IMG/VR virus record: IMGVR_UViG_3300030202_002001
Span: 31,561-95,560 of that record
Direction: 5' to 3' (one strand)
Length of the DNA stretch: 64,000 bases
DNA from: a virus
Under the pieces are notes generated by a model. The model had not been told where the DNA came from and made no database searches. It saw nothing but the letters and a program-made list of their open reading frames with translations. How positions within the stretch are numbered: position 1 is the stretch's first letter; every line of letters starts with the position of its first letter. Below, piece by piece: positions 1 through 12,100 of this stretch. The translations under genes were made by a program, and so were the position numbers.

Positions 1-927
1 TCTACAATCAATAACAACCAAATTAAGGTTGTGTCGATTGATGAACAGGGTGAGGGATATTCATTTCTATCATCTCCAATCGAATTAGATATTCTAGGAG
101 ATGGTACTGGTGGCAAAGTTAGGGTACAAACAAATACTAACGGACAAATTATTTCCGCAACTGTAACTGCTGGAGGCCAGGGTTATAGTTTTGGACGAGT
201 AAATCTTTCCAGTATTAACAGTGCTGCAACTAAGTTTGCAAGATTAACTCCAATCATTCCTCCTTCCAGAGGACATGGTTTTGACTTGTACAAGGAACTT
301 GGAACTGATAAGGTTCTAATTTACTCTAGATTTGATAATTCTTCTTACGACTTTATCTCTGACACCACTTTTGCTCAAATTGGTGTTATTAAAAACCCAG
401 TTTCTGCAGGTGCTGGTTCTACAGCAGTTATTAACACATCCGAATTTTCTTCTACAAAATCTCTTAAATTCACTGGCAATACTACACAAACTCTTGCCAT
501 TGGATCTCAGATTCAGCAGGATATTTCTGGGGTAGGAACTGCAAAGGCATATGTCGCCTCTTATGATACTAGCACTAGAGTAATTAAGTATTTCCAAGAT
601 AGAAACCTCTATCTCAACCCAAATCTTTATGATTCTACCGATAGTATCGGTGTTGGTGGAGATGCTGATGTTTTGGACTTTAGTTCAACTGGAAACGCTG
701 TCACGGGTCCTAGTGGTTTCAGCGTTAACATCGACTCTGGGTTTACTGGCATCTCAACAACTACACCAGCAGGTAAGGTTGTTGACTTGGGAGTACAATT
801 TACTAATGGTCTTGCTCCAGAGGAAATAAATAAAAGGACTGGTGAGATACTTTACCTTGATAATAGACCATCTATTACAAGAAATGAGCGTCAAAAAGAA
901 GACATCAAAATCGTTTTAGAATTCTAA
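1..927 (+). CDS. gp8: Baseplate wedge subunit (T4 gp8-like), 5'-truncated by window edge
   Basis: Frame open from base 1; C-terminus GEILYLDNRPSITRNERQKEDIKIVLEF typical of cyanophage gp8; position upstream of VrlC-like gene. Confidence 0.8.
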   Translation, partial: STINNNQIKVVSIDEQGEGYSFLSSPIELDILGDGTGGKVRVQTNTNGQIISATVTAGGQGYSFGRVNLSSINSAATKFARLTPIIPPSRGHGFDLYKELGTDKVLIYSRFDNSSYDFISDTTFAQIGVIKNPVSAGAGSTAVINTSEFSSTKSLKFTGNTTQTLAIGSQIQQDISGVGTAKAYVASYDTSTRVIKYFQDRNLYLNPNLYDSTDSIGVGGDADVLDFSSTGNAVTGPSGFSVNIDSGFTGISTTTPAGKVVDLGVQFTNGLAPEEINKRTGEILYLDNRPSITRNERQKEDIKIVLEF

Positions 928-931
928 GAAG

Positions 932-3900
932 ATGCCACAACAGACTAACCTCAATGTAAGTCCGTATTATGATGATTTTGACCCTAATAAGGGCTATCAT
1001 CGTGTCCTGTTTAAACCAGGATTTCCAGTACAGGCTAGAGAACTTTCTACCTTACAGTCTATCCTGCAGAATCAGGTAGAAAAATTTGGTAGTCATATCT
1101 TCAAAGAAGGATCCATCGTAGTTCCAGGATCCGTAACTTTTGATGGACAATATTATGCAGTTCAGGTCAATCCAACCCACCTAGGAACTGATATTGGTGT
1201 ATATGCCGATAAGGTAATTGGGAAAATTATTAAGGGACAGACTACAGGAACAACTGCAAAAGTAATTAACTTTATTAGTGCTTCACAGTCAGATAATGAC
1301 TATGACACTTTTTATGTTAAGTACATTAATTCAGCATCCACTGGAGATTTTAATTTCTTCTCTGATGGTGAAATTTTAGTTGCAGAAGAATCATTTACAT
1401 ATGGTGGCACAACTATTAATGTCGGTGGTACTTTTGCTTCTACTATTGATTTAGATGCGTGTAGTATTGGTTCTGCTGCATCTGTTGATGAAGGTATCTA
1501 TTTTCTTAGAGGTTGTTTTGTAAAGGTAGAAAAGCAAACAATTATTCTAGATCAATACAACCCACAACCATCCTTTAGGGTTGGATTGAGAGTAGTCGAG
1601 ACAAATGTATCTGCTAAATCCGACGAGAGCCTTTACGATAATGCAAAGGGATTTTCTAACTTTGCTGCTCCTGGGGCAGATAGGCTTAAAATTAATCTTG
1701 TCTTAGATAAAAAAGCAGTATCAGATTTTAACGATACGGATTTCGTAGAGATTTTACGAGTTAGCAACGGCGAAATCTTATCCATTAAGAGAGAAACAGA
1801 ATATTCTAAAATTAGAGAGTATCTCGCAAAAAGAACTTTTGACGAGTCTGGTGACTATACTGTTAACAAATTCCTGTTAAACATTACAGAGTGTCTTAAT
1901 GACAGGAAAGGTAATAATGGAGTTTATTTCTCTGATCAAACAACCTTTGATGGGAATCAACCAGATGATGATCTTGCTTGCTTAAAAATTAGTGCTGGTA
2001 AGGCATATGTCAAAGGATATGAAGTATCAACTGATGGTCCTACAACCATCGACTTCTTCAAACCAAGAGAAACTGGAGAAGTAAAGAACAAGTCTTTCCC
2101 ATTTGAGATGGGAAATAAGTTTATTGTCAATAATGTAAGTGGTATTAGTACCTTTACCAACAGAATTAATCTGATGGGAGGTCCCAATAGTGGTGGTAGT
2201 GCTAATGTAGCAGGCACTGCATCTAAAATTGGTGATGCTAAAGTATATAATCTTGGTTTAAGAGATAGAGTATATAAAGACGCATCTACGGAATTCGATA
2301 TGTATCTGTATGATATACAGACATATACGACTCTGCAACTGAACGACTATGTTAGTAATTCTGAGTTAAACGAATCAGCATTTATTGTTGGTAAGGAAAG
2401 TGGAGCAAACGCATTTGCAGTAACCGCAGGTGCTGGTTCTAGTACCATTCAAGTTACTCAGACATCTGGTACTTTCAGGAGAGGAGAAGAAATTCTCATT
2501 AATGGAACTGATGCTACTCCTAGAACTATTGAGGGTGTAACCCCTTACGGCATCAATGATGTTTTCTCCTTCGCTCAAAGTGGTAATAGTTTTACTGCTA
2601 ACAAGAAGTTAACCGATAGGATTCCTCCTAGATTAGGAAATGGTAATGTAAAAATTACAAAGGCTGGTGCAACAGCAACTGTCACCGCACCTAGAATTGA
2701 CAGTTTCCAGAGATTCAAACCTGGAGATGTTATCAGGTTTGTGGAAGGTGGTAATCAATATCAGAATGTCGTATTGACAATTGCTGCTGACCTACAGTCC
2801 ATGACTGTTGGTGCAATGACAACAGTTGCAAATTTATTTGAGGGAACTGTTAAGACCTTTGAGGGACCAATCACTATTGGATCTCAAGATGGTAGTGATC
2901 AAAATGCATCTCTCATTACAGTAATTCCAGATCTCAATGTTTCTAATGTTGACTTTACTGGATCTACATTATTACTTTCTACTCAGATTCAAAACGAATC
3001 AACTAATGCTCTTGGGCAGTTAGTTATTCCTATTTCTTCAGTAGACATTCCAGATACATCATTTGCTGGATTTGATGAGGAAAGGTATCAAGTACAATAT
3101 TCAAACGGCAATATCGGTGTAATTGAGGATGATCAGGTAACAGTTACTGGTACACAGGTAACTATTACTGGTCTTCTTCCTTCGCAAACTGGGATGACTG
3201 TTAATGTCACAGTTATCAAAGCAGTTGTCAAGAATAAAGTAAAAGAGTTTAAGAGGTGCCAACAAGTCGCTGTCACAAGATCTAAAAACAAGAGATCTGG
3301 CACTGATCCAGCCACAAGTATCAATGATGGTTTGAATCATAGTGCTCTATATGGACTGAGAGTTCAAGATAGAGATATCTCTCTTAACGAACCAGATGCA
3401 GTTGATATTGTTGCTATCTACGAATCTTTAGATTCATCTGCTCCTATTCCAGATAAGTTAAGTTTTAGTTCTACTGATGATGTCTTTACAAGTGCTATCA
3501 TCGGTGAAAATATTTTCGGATCTACAAGCAAAGCAATTGCAAAGGTAGTTTCTGTTGATGCTGGTAATAGTCAGATTGATATTGTTTATCTGACTAATGA
3601 TAGATTCACTGTATTGGAACCACTGAAGTTTGAAGAGTCTAATACTACTGCTGTTCTCCAAGGATTCACCCCTGGAAAATATAGAGATATTACCAGCAGT
3701 TACATGCTGGATAAAGGTCAGAGAAATCAATATTATGATTATTCTAGAATTGTAAGAAACAGAGGAGCATACATTCCTCATAGACAACTTCTTATAATCT
3801 ATAACAGATATGATGTTCCCACTGGAGACACTGGGGATGTATTCACAGTTAATAGTTATAACGAAGAAAGATATACCAAGGATATTCCTCAAATTGGAAA

Positions 3901-6900
3901 CTTCCGTATTGAAGCGCATGATTGTTTAGACTTTAGACCTAGAGTTTCTTCTTACAATCCAGCCTCTGGATCAGTATCTCCCTTCTTCTATACTGCAAGA
4001 GACTTTGACGGCAAACCCGATAGAATTTTGACTCCTAATGAGTCAATGACATTTGACTATGATTTCTATCTTCCTAGAATTGATAAAGTAGTTCTTCTTC
4101 CAGACGGCAACTTTGATCTACTGAAAGGAAAGCCAGCAAGGCAACCAGTTCCTCCAGTTGTATCTGGACCTGGAATGGAAATTGGTACAATTCTTCTTCC
4201 CGCATATCTTAGAGATACTGATGAAGCAAGAGTTTATCTGAAGGATAATCGTCGGTACACGATGAGAGATATTGGTGATCTTGCAGATAGAATTGAAAAT
4301 CTGGAAGTTGTTACCAGTCTCAACCTTTTGGAAAAGAGTGCTGAGTCTTTACAAATCAGAGATTCGCAAGGTCTTACTAGATTTAAGTCTGGTTTCTTTG
4401 TAGATAACTTCAAGACCTTTGACTTTATGCATCCAAGTTCCCCATGTGAAATTGATAGGGATCTTGGTGAATTAAGACCACTCAGAGAATTTGAATCTTC
4501 TGCACTGCAAGTCGCTGCTAAAGATGACCTTCCAGTATCTCAAATCGACTACAGTTCAAACTTCCTGTTGCTTGATGAATTAAACACTCAAAAAACAGGT
4601 AATCTTCTGTCTTTGAAATATGAGGAAGTTCAGTATATTAAGCAGGAATTTGCCACAAGAGTAAACAACATCAACCCATTCCATGTTGTTGCATTTACTG
4701 GTGAACTAAGACTTAATCCATCTATCGATAACTGGATCAATACCAGAGAGACTCAGAATGTTATCCGTAATACTATTGGTATTACAGTATTTAATAACCA
4801 AGTTGCTGCAAACTTCAGTCTGACTAGAGGTGGTGCTCTTGGTGGTTCTGCTTCTGTAACTACTAGAGAAACTGGTAGAACTGTACAGAGAGATGACATC
4901 AGATCTGAGAACACCTTTATTGCTGAAGAAACTTTTGATCCATTCTGTCGTTCCAGAAATATTGAATTCAATGCGATTGGTTTAAAACCATTCACTAACT
5001 TCTTCCCGTTCTTTGACAATCAAGGGGGTGTAGATATTATCCCCAAACTGTTAGAAGTTGCCAATGTATCTGGTTCCTTCCAAACAGGAGAGACAATTAG
5101 AGGTTCTATTATTGGTACAGGTGGTGGAACATCATTTGAATTTAGACTTGCTGCTCCAAATCATAAGAATGGACCGTTCAATGCTCCCACAACAACATAT
5201 ACGGTAAATCCCTACGATCCCACATCCACACTTCCTAATGGATATTCGCAGGCATCTACTGTCCTGAATATTGACATAACATCACTTTCTGCTCAAGCAC
5301 AAGGTGCCTTCTTTGGATTCGCTCCTACTGGAATGCTCATTAGAGGTCTTACCAGTGGTGCTCAAGCGGTTGTAGCGGGTGTTAGATTAGTGTCTGATGA
5401 CTTTGGTGATCTTTTCGGCTCTATCTTCCTGAGAGATCCTAACCAAACACCTACACCTCAAGTAAGAATTAGATCTGGTAACAGAGACTTTAGATTAACA
5501 TCAAGTCAGTCTAATGAAAATCCAGCACCAGGTTCTACTTTAATTTCTCATGCTACTGGTCGCTACACAGCAACTGGTACTACAAGAGTTGTCCAAACTG
5601 ATATTAGAATCACAACTCTTGAAACTACAACGATTACTAATCTCTCTACAATTGATATTAGAGGAACAGTACCTGAGCCACCTCCGCCGCCGCCCCCAGT
5701 TATTATCAACAACACCAGAGTTATTGATAGAACTAGAACGGTCATTAGAAACCGTACTAGAGTTATTGATAGGACTCGTACTATTCGTGTAAGAGAAAGA
5801 GATCCTTTAGCACAAACAATCGTAACTGGACCTGAGGGAGCATGGATTACATCTCTTGACTTGTTTTTTGCAACTAAGAATGCAGGAACAACACCCGTAA
5901 GAATTGAAGTTAGAACAGTTGAACTGGGTACTCCTACTCTGTTTATTATTGACAGAGCTGCTCAAGCAACTATTCGTCCTTCGGATATTCAAACATCTAA
6001 AGATGGTTCTGTTGCAACTAATATCAAATTTGATACTCCATTCTACTTAGATCCAGATGAATCCTATGCTATTGTTATCCTGTCGGATAGTGATGAATAT
6101 GAAGTATTCTGTGGAGAGATGGGTCAGAAGGCCCTGAACGCACAATCGCTGCCTTCTGCTAAGGGTAAGATTTACTCACAGCAGTTTGCTATGGGTTCAT
6201 TGTTCAAGTCACAAAACGGTGCAACTTGGACTCCTACTCAGTTTGAAGACCTTACATTTACTCTGTATAGAGCGAAGTACACATCAAGTCAAGGTCTGTT
6301 AACATTCTTCAACCCACCAGTAGAACCTAATAACGGTTTACTTCCTCCCCTTCCATTCGATCCTATTACTGCCCTTCCCAAGAAAGGTAAGTTGGGTATT
6401 GTTACAACCACAAATGCTGGTTTAATTGGTACAGTCTTTGCTCCTGGTCGTAAGATTAGTGAACAGACTTCTACATATCGCTATGGACATATTGAAAACA
6501 AAGGTGGTCCTGCTACTGGTGTTGTCGGAATTCTGACATCTGGTAGTAACTATGGTACTCCTACCAACCCTGTCAGTACATACAATATTACTGGTGATGG
6601 TTCTGGACTGACACTAAATGCAACTGTTGGTTCTGGTATTTCTGCGATTACTGCAGTTACTATTGTTGGTGCTGGTAGAGGTTATAAAGTCGGTGATGTT
6701 GTTGGAATTGTTACTGCTGATATTGGTGGATCTGGTTCTGGTGTTCGCATCGGTATCAACTCTATTAATGGCATTGACACTCTGTATTTGACTGATGTTC
6801 AGGCAGAAACATTTGACACCACATCAGGTAACGAAGCCACTTATTATCATGAGGCAGGTTCAATTGTTGACACTGGTTTAGATATTATCAGTTTTGACAA

Positions 6901-8254
6901 TACTGGAAGTGTTTACACTGGAGAATACTTCAGAGTAAGTCATCGTAATCATGGCATGCACAGTGTTCTGAACAAAGTAATTCTGAGTGATATTCAATCG
7001 GATGTTTTACCAACGGAACTGTCGGTAGATGTTGCCTCAAATGAAACCTCAATTTCTATTGCATCAACTGAGCAATTCAATACTTTTGAAGGGGCTTTGG
7101 TTAGTGCTGCAAACACTGGTTATGCATTAATTAACAGTGAGATTCTTTCATACACTAGTGTTGGCGTCTCTAGTTTGGGTGGTGTTGTAAGAGGTGTAGA
7201 TTCCACTAACGCATTGAATCATCTTAAGGATGAAATTGTTCAAAAATATGAATATGCTGGTGTCTCTCTCTTAAAAGTGAATACTGAGCATGATGTACAA
7301 AGCATCCTTAGAGGTATTGATAACTACTATCTTAGAATTGACAGAGGATCTAGTAGATCTGTTGATGACAATGCCAACAATATTCCTCAGGTATCCTTTA
7401 AGGAAGAGGCTGCTGGTGGTGGTCAAGATGTACATGCTTCTAAGAACATCCAATTCGATGCTGTGAGACCCCTTCTCGATGCTTCAACCTTTGGACCCAC
7501 GGACTTCATCTCTCTGCAGATGAGAAGCGTTACAGGTACATCTGTTGATGGTAGTGAGACATCATTTGTTGACAACGGATTTGAAGATCTGAACCTCAAT
7601 AGAATTAATATTCTTGAGACAACAAGACTTCTTGCTGCTAGAACTAACGAGTCAGCTAGACTTGGATCATTACCAAGAAATAAGTCATTTACATTCACAG
7701 TCGAACTTGCAAATAGTGGAGATGAGTTTAACTCACCTACAGTCAACCTGGAAGGAGCAAATGCACTCTTCTATGAGAATAGACTGAACAACCCAATTGA
7801 GGATTACAGAATTGATCCTAGAGTCAAATCTAGATTCAATGATCCTCATGCTTCTTATTATATGTCTCAACCGATCTATATTAAGAACCCTGCAACTTCA
7901 TTGAAAGTTGTATTTGAAGCTCGCAGACCAATCGAATGTGATTTCCGTGTTCTCTACAGTATTCTCAAAACAGACTCTAGTGAAGTAACTCCTGACTTTG
8001 AATTATTCCCTGGACATTTCAATCTAATTGATACTGATGGCGATGGCCTTGGGGATCAAGTTATTGATGTTACCGAAAATGATGGTAGACCCGATGCCTT
8101 TGTTGCTGCGAATGAGATGACTTACAGGGAATATACATACTCTGTAGATGACCTGCCAAGTTTCAACGGTTTCCAAATTAAGATCGTATTCACTGGAACA
8201 AATCAGGCAAAACATCCTGTACTGAAGAATTTGAGAGCAATCGCTGTAGCATGA
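932..8254 (+). CDS. Large virion structural protein, VrlC/DUF4815-like (2440 aa)
   Basis: N-terminus MPQQTNLNVSPYYDDFD...RVLFKPGFPVQARELSTLQSILQNQ and NFAAPGADRLKI, RTFDESGDY, RFKSGFFVDNF motifs typical of this cyanomyovirus family. Confidence 0.8.
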   Translation: MPQQTNLNVSPYYDDFDPNKGYHRVLFKPGFPVQARELSTLQSILQNQVEKFGSHIFKEGSIVVPGSVTFDGQYYAVQVNPTHLGTDIGVYADKVIGKIIKGQTTGTTAKVINFISASQSDNDYDTFYVKYINSASTGDFNFFSDGEILVAEESFTYGGTTINVGGTFASTIDLDACSIGSAASVDEGIYFLRGCFVKVEKQTIILDQYNPQPSFRVGLRVVETNVSAKSDESLYDNAKGFSNFAAPGADRLKINLVLDKKAVSDFNDTDFVEILRVSNGEILSIKRETEYSKIREYLAKRTFDESGDYTVNKFLLNITECLNDRKGNNGVYFSDQTTFDGNQPDDDLACLKISAGKAYVKGYEVSTDGPTTIDFFKPRETGEVKNKSFPFEMGNKFIVNNVSGISTFTNRINLMGGPNSGGSANVAGTASKIGDAKVYNLGLRDRVYKDASTEFDMYLYDIQTYTTLQLNDYVSNSELNESAFIVGKESGANAFAVTAGAGSSTIQVTQTSGTFRRGEEILINGTDATPRTIEGVTPYGINDVFSFAQSGNSFTANKKLTDRIPPRLGNGNVKITKAGATATVTAPRIDSFQRFKPGDVIRFVEGGNQYQNVVLTIAADLQSMTVGAMTTVANLFEGTVKTFEGPITIGSQDGSDQNASLITVIPDLNVSNVDFTGSTLLLSTQIQNESTNALGQLVIPISSVDIPDTSFAGFDEERYQVQYSNGNIGVIEDDQVTVTGTQVTITGLLPSQTGMTVNVTVIKAVVKNKVKEFKRCQQVAVTRSKNKRSGTDPATSINDGLNHSALYGLRVQDRDISLNEPDAVDIVAIYESLDSSAPIPDKLSFSSTDDVFTSAIIGENIFGSTSKAIAKVVSVDAGNSQIDIVYLTNDRFTVLEPLKFEESNTTAVLQGFTPGKYRDITSSYMLDKGQRNQYYDYSRIVRNRGAYIPHRQLLIIYNRYDVPTGDTGDVFTVNSYNEERYTKDIPQIGNFRIEAHDCLDFRPRVSSYNPASGSVSPFFYTARDFDGKPDRILTPNESMTFDYDFYLPRIDKVVLLPDGNFDLLKGKPARQPVPPVVSGPGMEIGTILLPAYLRDTDEARVYLKDNRRYTMRDIGDLADRIENLEVVTSLNLLEKSAESLQIRDSQGLTRFKSGFFVDNFKTFDFMHPSSPCEIDRDLGELRPLREFESSALQVAAKDDLPVSQIDYSSNFLLLDELNTQKTGNLLSLKYEEVQYIKQEFATRVNNINPFHVVAFTGELRLNPSIDNWINTRETQNVIRNTIGITVFNNQVAANFSLTRGGALGGSASVTTRETGRTVQRDDIRSENTFIAEETFDPFCRSRNIEFNAIGLKPFTNFFPFFDNQGGVDIIPKLLEVANVSGSFQTGETIRGSIIGTGGGTSFEFRLAAPNHKNGPFNAPTTTYTVNPYDPTSTLPNGYSQASTVLNIDITSLSAQAQGAFFGFAPTGMLIRGLTSGAQAVVAGVRLVSDDFGDLFGSIFLRDPNQTPTPQVRIRSGNRDFRLTSSQSNENPAPGSTLISHATGRYTATGTTRVVQTDIRITTLETTTITNLSTIDIRGTVPEPPPPPPPVIINNTRVIDRTRTVIRNRTRVIDRTRTIRVRERDPLAQTIVTGPEGAWITSLDLFFATKNAGTTPVRIEVRTVELGTPTLFIIDRAAQATIRPSDIQTSKDGSVATNIKFDTPFYLDPDESYAIVILSDSDEYEVFCGEMGQKALNAQSLPSAKGKIYSQQFAMGSLFKSQNGATWTPTQFEDLTFTLYRAKYTSSQGLLTFFNPPVEPNNGLLPPLPFDPITALPKKGKLGIVTTTNAGLIGTVFAPGRKISEQTSTYRYGHIENKGGPATGVVGILTSGSNYGTPTNPVSTYNITGDGSGLTLNATVGSGISAITAVTIVGAGRGYKVGDVVGIVTADIGGSGSGVRIGINSINGIDTLYLTDVQAETFDTTSGNEATYYHEAGSIVDTGLDIISFDNTGSVYTGEYFRVSHRNHGMHSVLNKVILSDIQSDVLPTELSVDVASNETSISIASTEQFNTFEGALVSAANTGYALINSEILSYTSVGVSSLGGVVRGVDSTNALNHLKDEIVQKYEYAGVSLLKVNTEHDVQSILRGIDNYYLRIDRGSSRSVDDNANNIPQVSFKEEAAGGGQDVHASKNIQFDAVRPLLDASTFGPTDFISLQMRSVTGTSVDGSETSFVDNGFEDLNLNRINILETTRLLAARTNESARLGSLPRNKSFTFTVELANSGDEFNSPTVNLEGANALFYENRLNNPIEDYRIDPRVKSRFNDPHASYYMSQPIYIKNPATSLKVVFEARRPIECDFRVLYSILKTDSSEVTPDFELFPGHFNLIDTDGDGLGDQVIDVTENDGRPDAFVAANEMTYREYTYSVDDLPSFNGFQIKIVFTGTNQAKHPVLKNLRAIAVA

Positions 8255-8454
8255 GTTTGATTCCTGTAGAAGGACATTCTAGTCTTTATAGAGATTCTGA
8301 TACTGGTGCCATCGTTAATACCGATGACTCCAGTTATCATGCTTATTTGAGACAAAAGAATGCCAAAAAAAGTGAGAAAGAAGAACTTGATGAAATGAAG
8401 AAGGATATTGATGACATTAAAAAAATGTTAAGTAAAATAGTGGAAAAATTATGA
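8251..8454 (+). CDS. Conserved hypothetical protein with C-terminal coiled coil
   Basis: ATGA overlap with upstream gene; VEGHSSLYRD..TGAIVN motif. Confidence 0.7.
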   Translation: MSLIPVEGHSSLYRDSDTGAIVNTDDSSYHAYLRQKNAKKSEKEELDEMKKDIDDIKKMLSKIVEKL

Positions 8455-8615
8455 GTAGAAATCCTCACTCTGAATTTTTAAAATATCATGGCTTTGAATC
8501 ACAATCCATAGATGATATCTCATCTAATGACATCGAAATGCTAAAAGCAGATGTTCTAGAAATCAAAATGACCATGCAGTCTATATTACAGGAACTAAGG
8601 AAACTAAATACCTAA
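8451..8615 (+). CDS. Small hypothetical protein (54 aa; not in ORF track)
   Basis: Manual translation MSRNPHSEFLKYHGF...LQELRKLNT; ATGA overlap with upstream ORF. Confidence 0.55.
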   Translation: MSRNPHSEFLKYHGFESQSIDDISSNDIEMLKADVLEIKMTMQSILQELRKLNT

Positions 8616-8638
8616 TAGGATAATCCGTGATGTAAAGA

Positions 8639-8977
8639 ATGGCAGTTTACATTGCTAATCTCTCAGTCGATACAGGTGTTGATTTTCAACATGGGTTCAG
8701 TCTAGGAGATAACGACACAGGCACTTTTTTGAACTTAACAAACTATACCTGCACCTCTCAACTAAGAAAGTGGGCGGGGAGCTCTACTGCTGTTTCGTTT
8801 GCATCTACAGTCACCGATCCCGAAGCAGGTCAGATCCAGATATCTCTGGCATCTACGCTTACAGCTGATATTAAGCCAGGGCGATATGTATATGATGTGA
8901 ATCTTGAAGACTCTGGTGGATTTAAATACAAGGTCGTTGAAGGAATGGTCCTAGTCAGAGCAGGAGTAACAAGGTAA
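8639..8977 (+). CDS. Small virion adaptor-like protein (112 aa)
   Basis: Late-promoter-like CTAAATA at 8604-8610; GRYVYDV...KVVEG motif; directly precedes fibre gene. Confidence 0.6.
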   Translation: MAVYIANLSVDTGVDFQHGFSLGDNDTGTFLNLTNYTCTSQLRKWAGSSTAVSFASTVTDPEAGQIQISLASTLTADIKPGRYVYDVNLEDSGGFKYKVVEGMVLVRAGVTR

Positions 8978-9189
8978 TGCCATCATTACGAATAGGCACA
9001 TCTAATCAAGTAAAAGTTATTGCCAGCGGTGCCCTCGGAGGTGGCTCTGGCGGTAGACTGACATTGCTTGCTGATGTTGATGCATCAACACTAGAGGATG
9101 GAAGCATCCTGGTATATGAAGCGGCGTCGAACGCCTTCAAAACAACAAAAAATTTCCCTGCTGCCATCATTGACGGAGGTGTCTTCTAA
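8977..9189 (+). CDS. Small hypothetical structural protein ending in IDGGVF
   Basis: TAATG-coupled on both sides; C-terminal DGGxF motif shared with the fibre. Confidence 0.65.
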   Translation: MPSLRIGTSNQVKVIASGALGGGSGGRLTLLADVDASTLEDGSILVYEAASNAFKTTKNFPAAIIDGGVF

Positions 9190-12100
9190 TGTCCGCAACG
9201 ATTCTCTTAAAAAGGACACTTGGAACATCCCCACCGAATATTGCACCAGTTGGTACTGGAGTCTCATTTGGTGAACTTGTTTACGCATACGATACTAGCG
9301 ATGTAGGTGCTGGTAAGTCGTACAAGAAATTATATATTGGTAGTCCATCAGGTCCTGGTTTCGCACCTATTCCTATTGGTGGTGAATATTACACCAGCCT
9401 GTTCAATGACAATCCTTCCGATTACGGAAAACCTCAAGCATCTAAAGTCTTAATCTTAGATGATCAAGCAAAGGTTGCTTCCTGGTTTGTTGTAGATGAT
9501 TTCTACACAGCAGGTGTTGGTACAGTTGCTGGAAACTTTACTGTTGGTGGCAACCTTAATGTAACAGGAGACCTCGTTTATGATGAGGCAAATGCTAGAA
9601 ACTGGAATGTAACTGGCATTGCAACTGCTGCTACATTAGATGTTGGTGCTGCAGGATTCTCTACCCTAGGTGTAACTGACTTCCGTGCAGTTACTGGTGT
9701 TGTAACCACTCTTAGTGGTACAAGTGCTGACTACTACGAAGTAAATGTAGGACACGCACTTACTGCAAATAATGTAGAAGTTACTGGGGTATCATCCTTC
9801 AGTAATATTACATTCTCCAATGATATTATTAGAGTTGGTCGTGATGCTGCCGTAGGTCTTAGCAGTGCCGACTCTTCAATCTTTATTGGTGACTTTGCTG
9901 GGGCTGGTATTGGACAAACTGTCCTTAACCGTCGTAATATTGCGATTGGTGCCAGTGCAATGCAATATGCTGGTATTCTTTCCAGCAGTGACGAGTTAGA
10001 ATCTAACATCGTCATGGGTAACTTTGCAGGCTATCGCTTGCAAGGTACTAAGAACTTGATGATTGGTGATAAGGTAGGTTTTGCCTTATCTTCTAGCGGC
10101 AACGATGAGAACATCGCTCTGGGTAACCAGTCGATGTATGGTGAGACTTTCCCTGTTGTTGATGGGGTAACTCTCAGCGTAACTGTCGGAGAACAAACTG
10201 CTGTTGCAAATTATGATCAGACAGAAGATGTAACCGAAACCAGTGGATCTGGTGTTGGACTCTTAGTTAGATTACAGACTGGTAATACTGGTCTGATTAC
10301 TAACATCGAAATCATGGCCCCTGGCGATGGTTATGAGGTTGGTGATACATTCACCATGCCGTTTGGTTTCCAGACTCTTACAGGTAGCGTAACTAGCAAG
10401 AATGGTCGCTTCCTAGGTGGTGGTACAGGAACCAGACAGCAGCAAAGAAACATTGCTATTGGTCCTTACACTCTCTTCAGTGTAGACGGTAGTAAGAACA
10501 TTGCCATTGGTTACTCTGCTGGTAACGACACTCTTGGTAGTGGCAATGTCATCATCGGTTATGAACGAAATGTTGCTATCGGAGATAGCGACAACCAGCT
10601 CGTAATTGGTAATCAAAATATTAATTGGATCGACGGTAACCAACTTGGTTATGTCGGCATCGGCACCACACGACCATTCGGGTTGTTAGATGTTGGTGGT
10701 GTAGTAATTGTTGATAAAGGCACTGGTAACACAGTAATCGCTGGCGTAACATCTGTTCCGCAAATTGATGCTAATGATATTGGTGTTGAGGACATTAAGG
10801 TCACTGCTGGTTTAGCAACTGACTTTGCAATTACCAACGCTAAGATTCAGTCAGGTATTATTACTGACACTGTTGGTACTGCTGCAACTATTACGAATGT
10901 AGATTTCGTAAATGCAGACATTGAAGATGTCAAGATCACTGTTGGTCTTGCTACTGACTTTGCAGTAACTAATCTGAGATCTCAGGTTGCGATTGCAACT
11001 AACGCTTATATTGATGTAGGTGTTGTAACATCATTGGTTGGCACCTATGCCACAATCACAACCTTCGATTCTAACGAAGGTGATATCAATACCCTGAAGA
11101 CAGTTGCTGGTGTCGTTACATCACTGACTGGTTTTGGTGTAACTTACAATACAGCAGACTTTGAGAATCTTGACGCATTTGATGCGAAGATTACAACTGG
11201 TATTATTACATCTTTGGTTGGTACATATGTAACCTTCCAAGATGCTGACTTCCAGAAAGATGTCAGAGTTGGTGGAGCCCTTACTGTTGTTGGTGATCTG
11301 ACCGTCAATGGAACTACAAGTTTCGTTCAGAGTTCGGTTGTTCAAATCACCGATAAGAACATTGAACTTGGTTTCAGTTCTACTGGTGGACATGCTGATG
11401 CTACGGCCGATAATGGCGGTATCATCGTTAAGGGAACAACTGACAAAGAATTCTTATACGATCAAGCAAGAGAAGCATGGGAGTCTAATCTCAAGTTTAC
11501 TCCTAGTGCAGATGGAACTCTGGATATCGGTACTACTGATAGAGAGTGGAAAGACATCTACATTGATGGTACAGCACATCTTGACGCTGCTGACATCCTT
11601 GATGCCAAAATCACTGCTGGTATTATCACCAGTCAGGTTGGCACCTATGCAACCATTGGCACCGTTGATATCGAGACTCTCGATGCCAAGGATGTAAACA
11701 TCACTGGTCTTGCTGTAACCGATATTGTCGGTACTGCAGCAACAATCACGACCATCGATGCTACAGAAGGTGATATTGTTAATGCAAAGATTACCGCTGG
11801 TATTATTACCAGTTTGGTTGGTACTGCTGCTACTATCGGTGATGTTAATATCACTGGAGACCTCAGAGTTGGTGGAGCTACAACCTTTACTGGCAATGTA
11901 ACCTTCAATGGCGGTACAATCGGCCTTGGTGATTCCACTACTGATAACATCGTCTTTACTGGTGAAGTTGACTCTGATATCGTTCCTGATGATGACGATA
12001 CCTTTGATCTTGGTAGTGCCGCTAAAGAGTGGAAAGACATTTATATCGATGGCGTTGCTCGTGTTGATGACCTGATTGTTGATTCAACAGTCGGTACATA

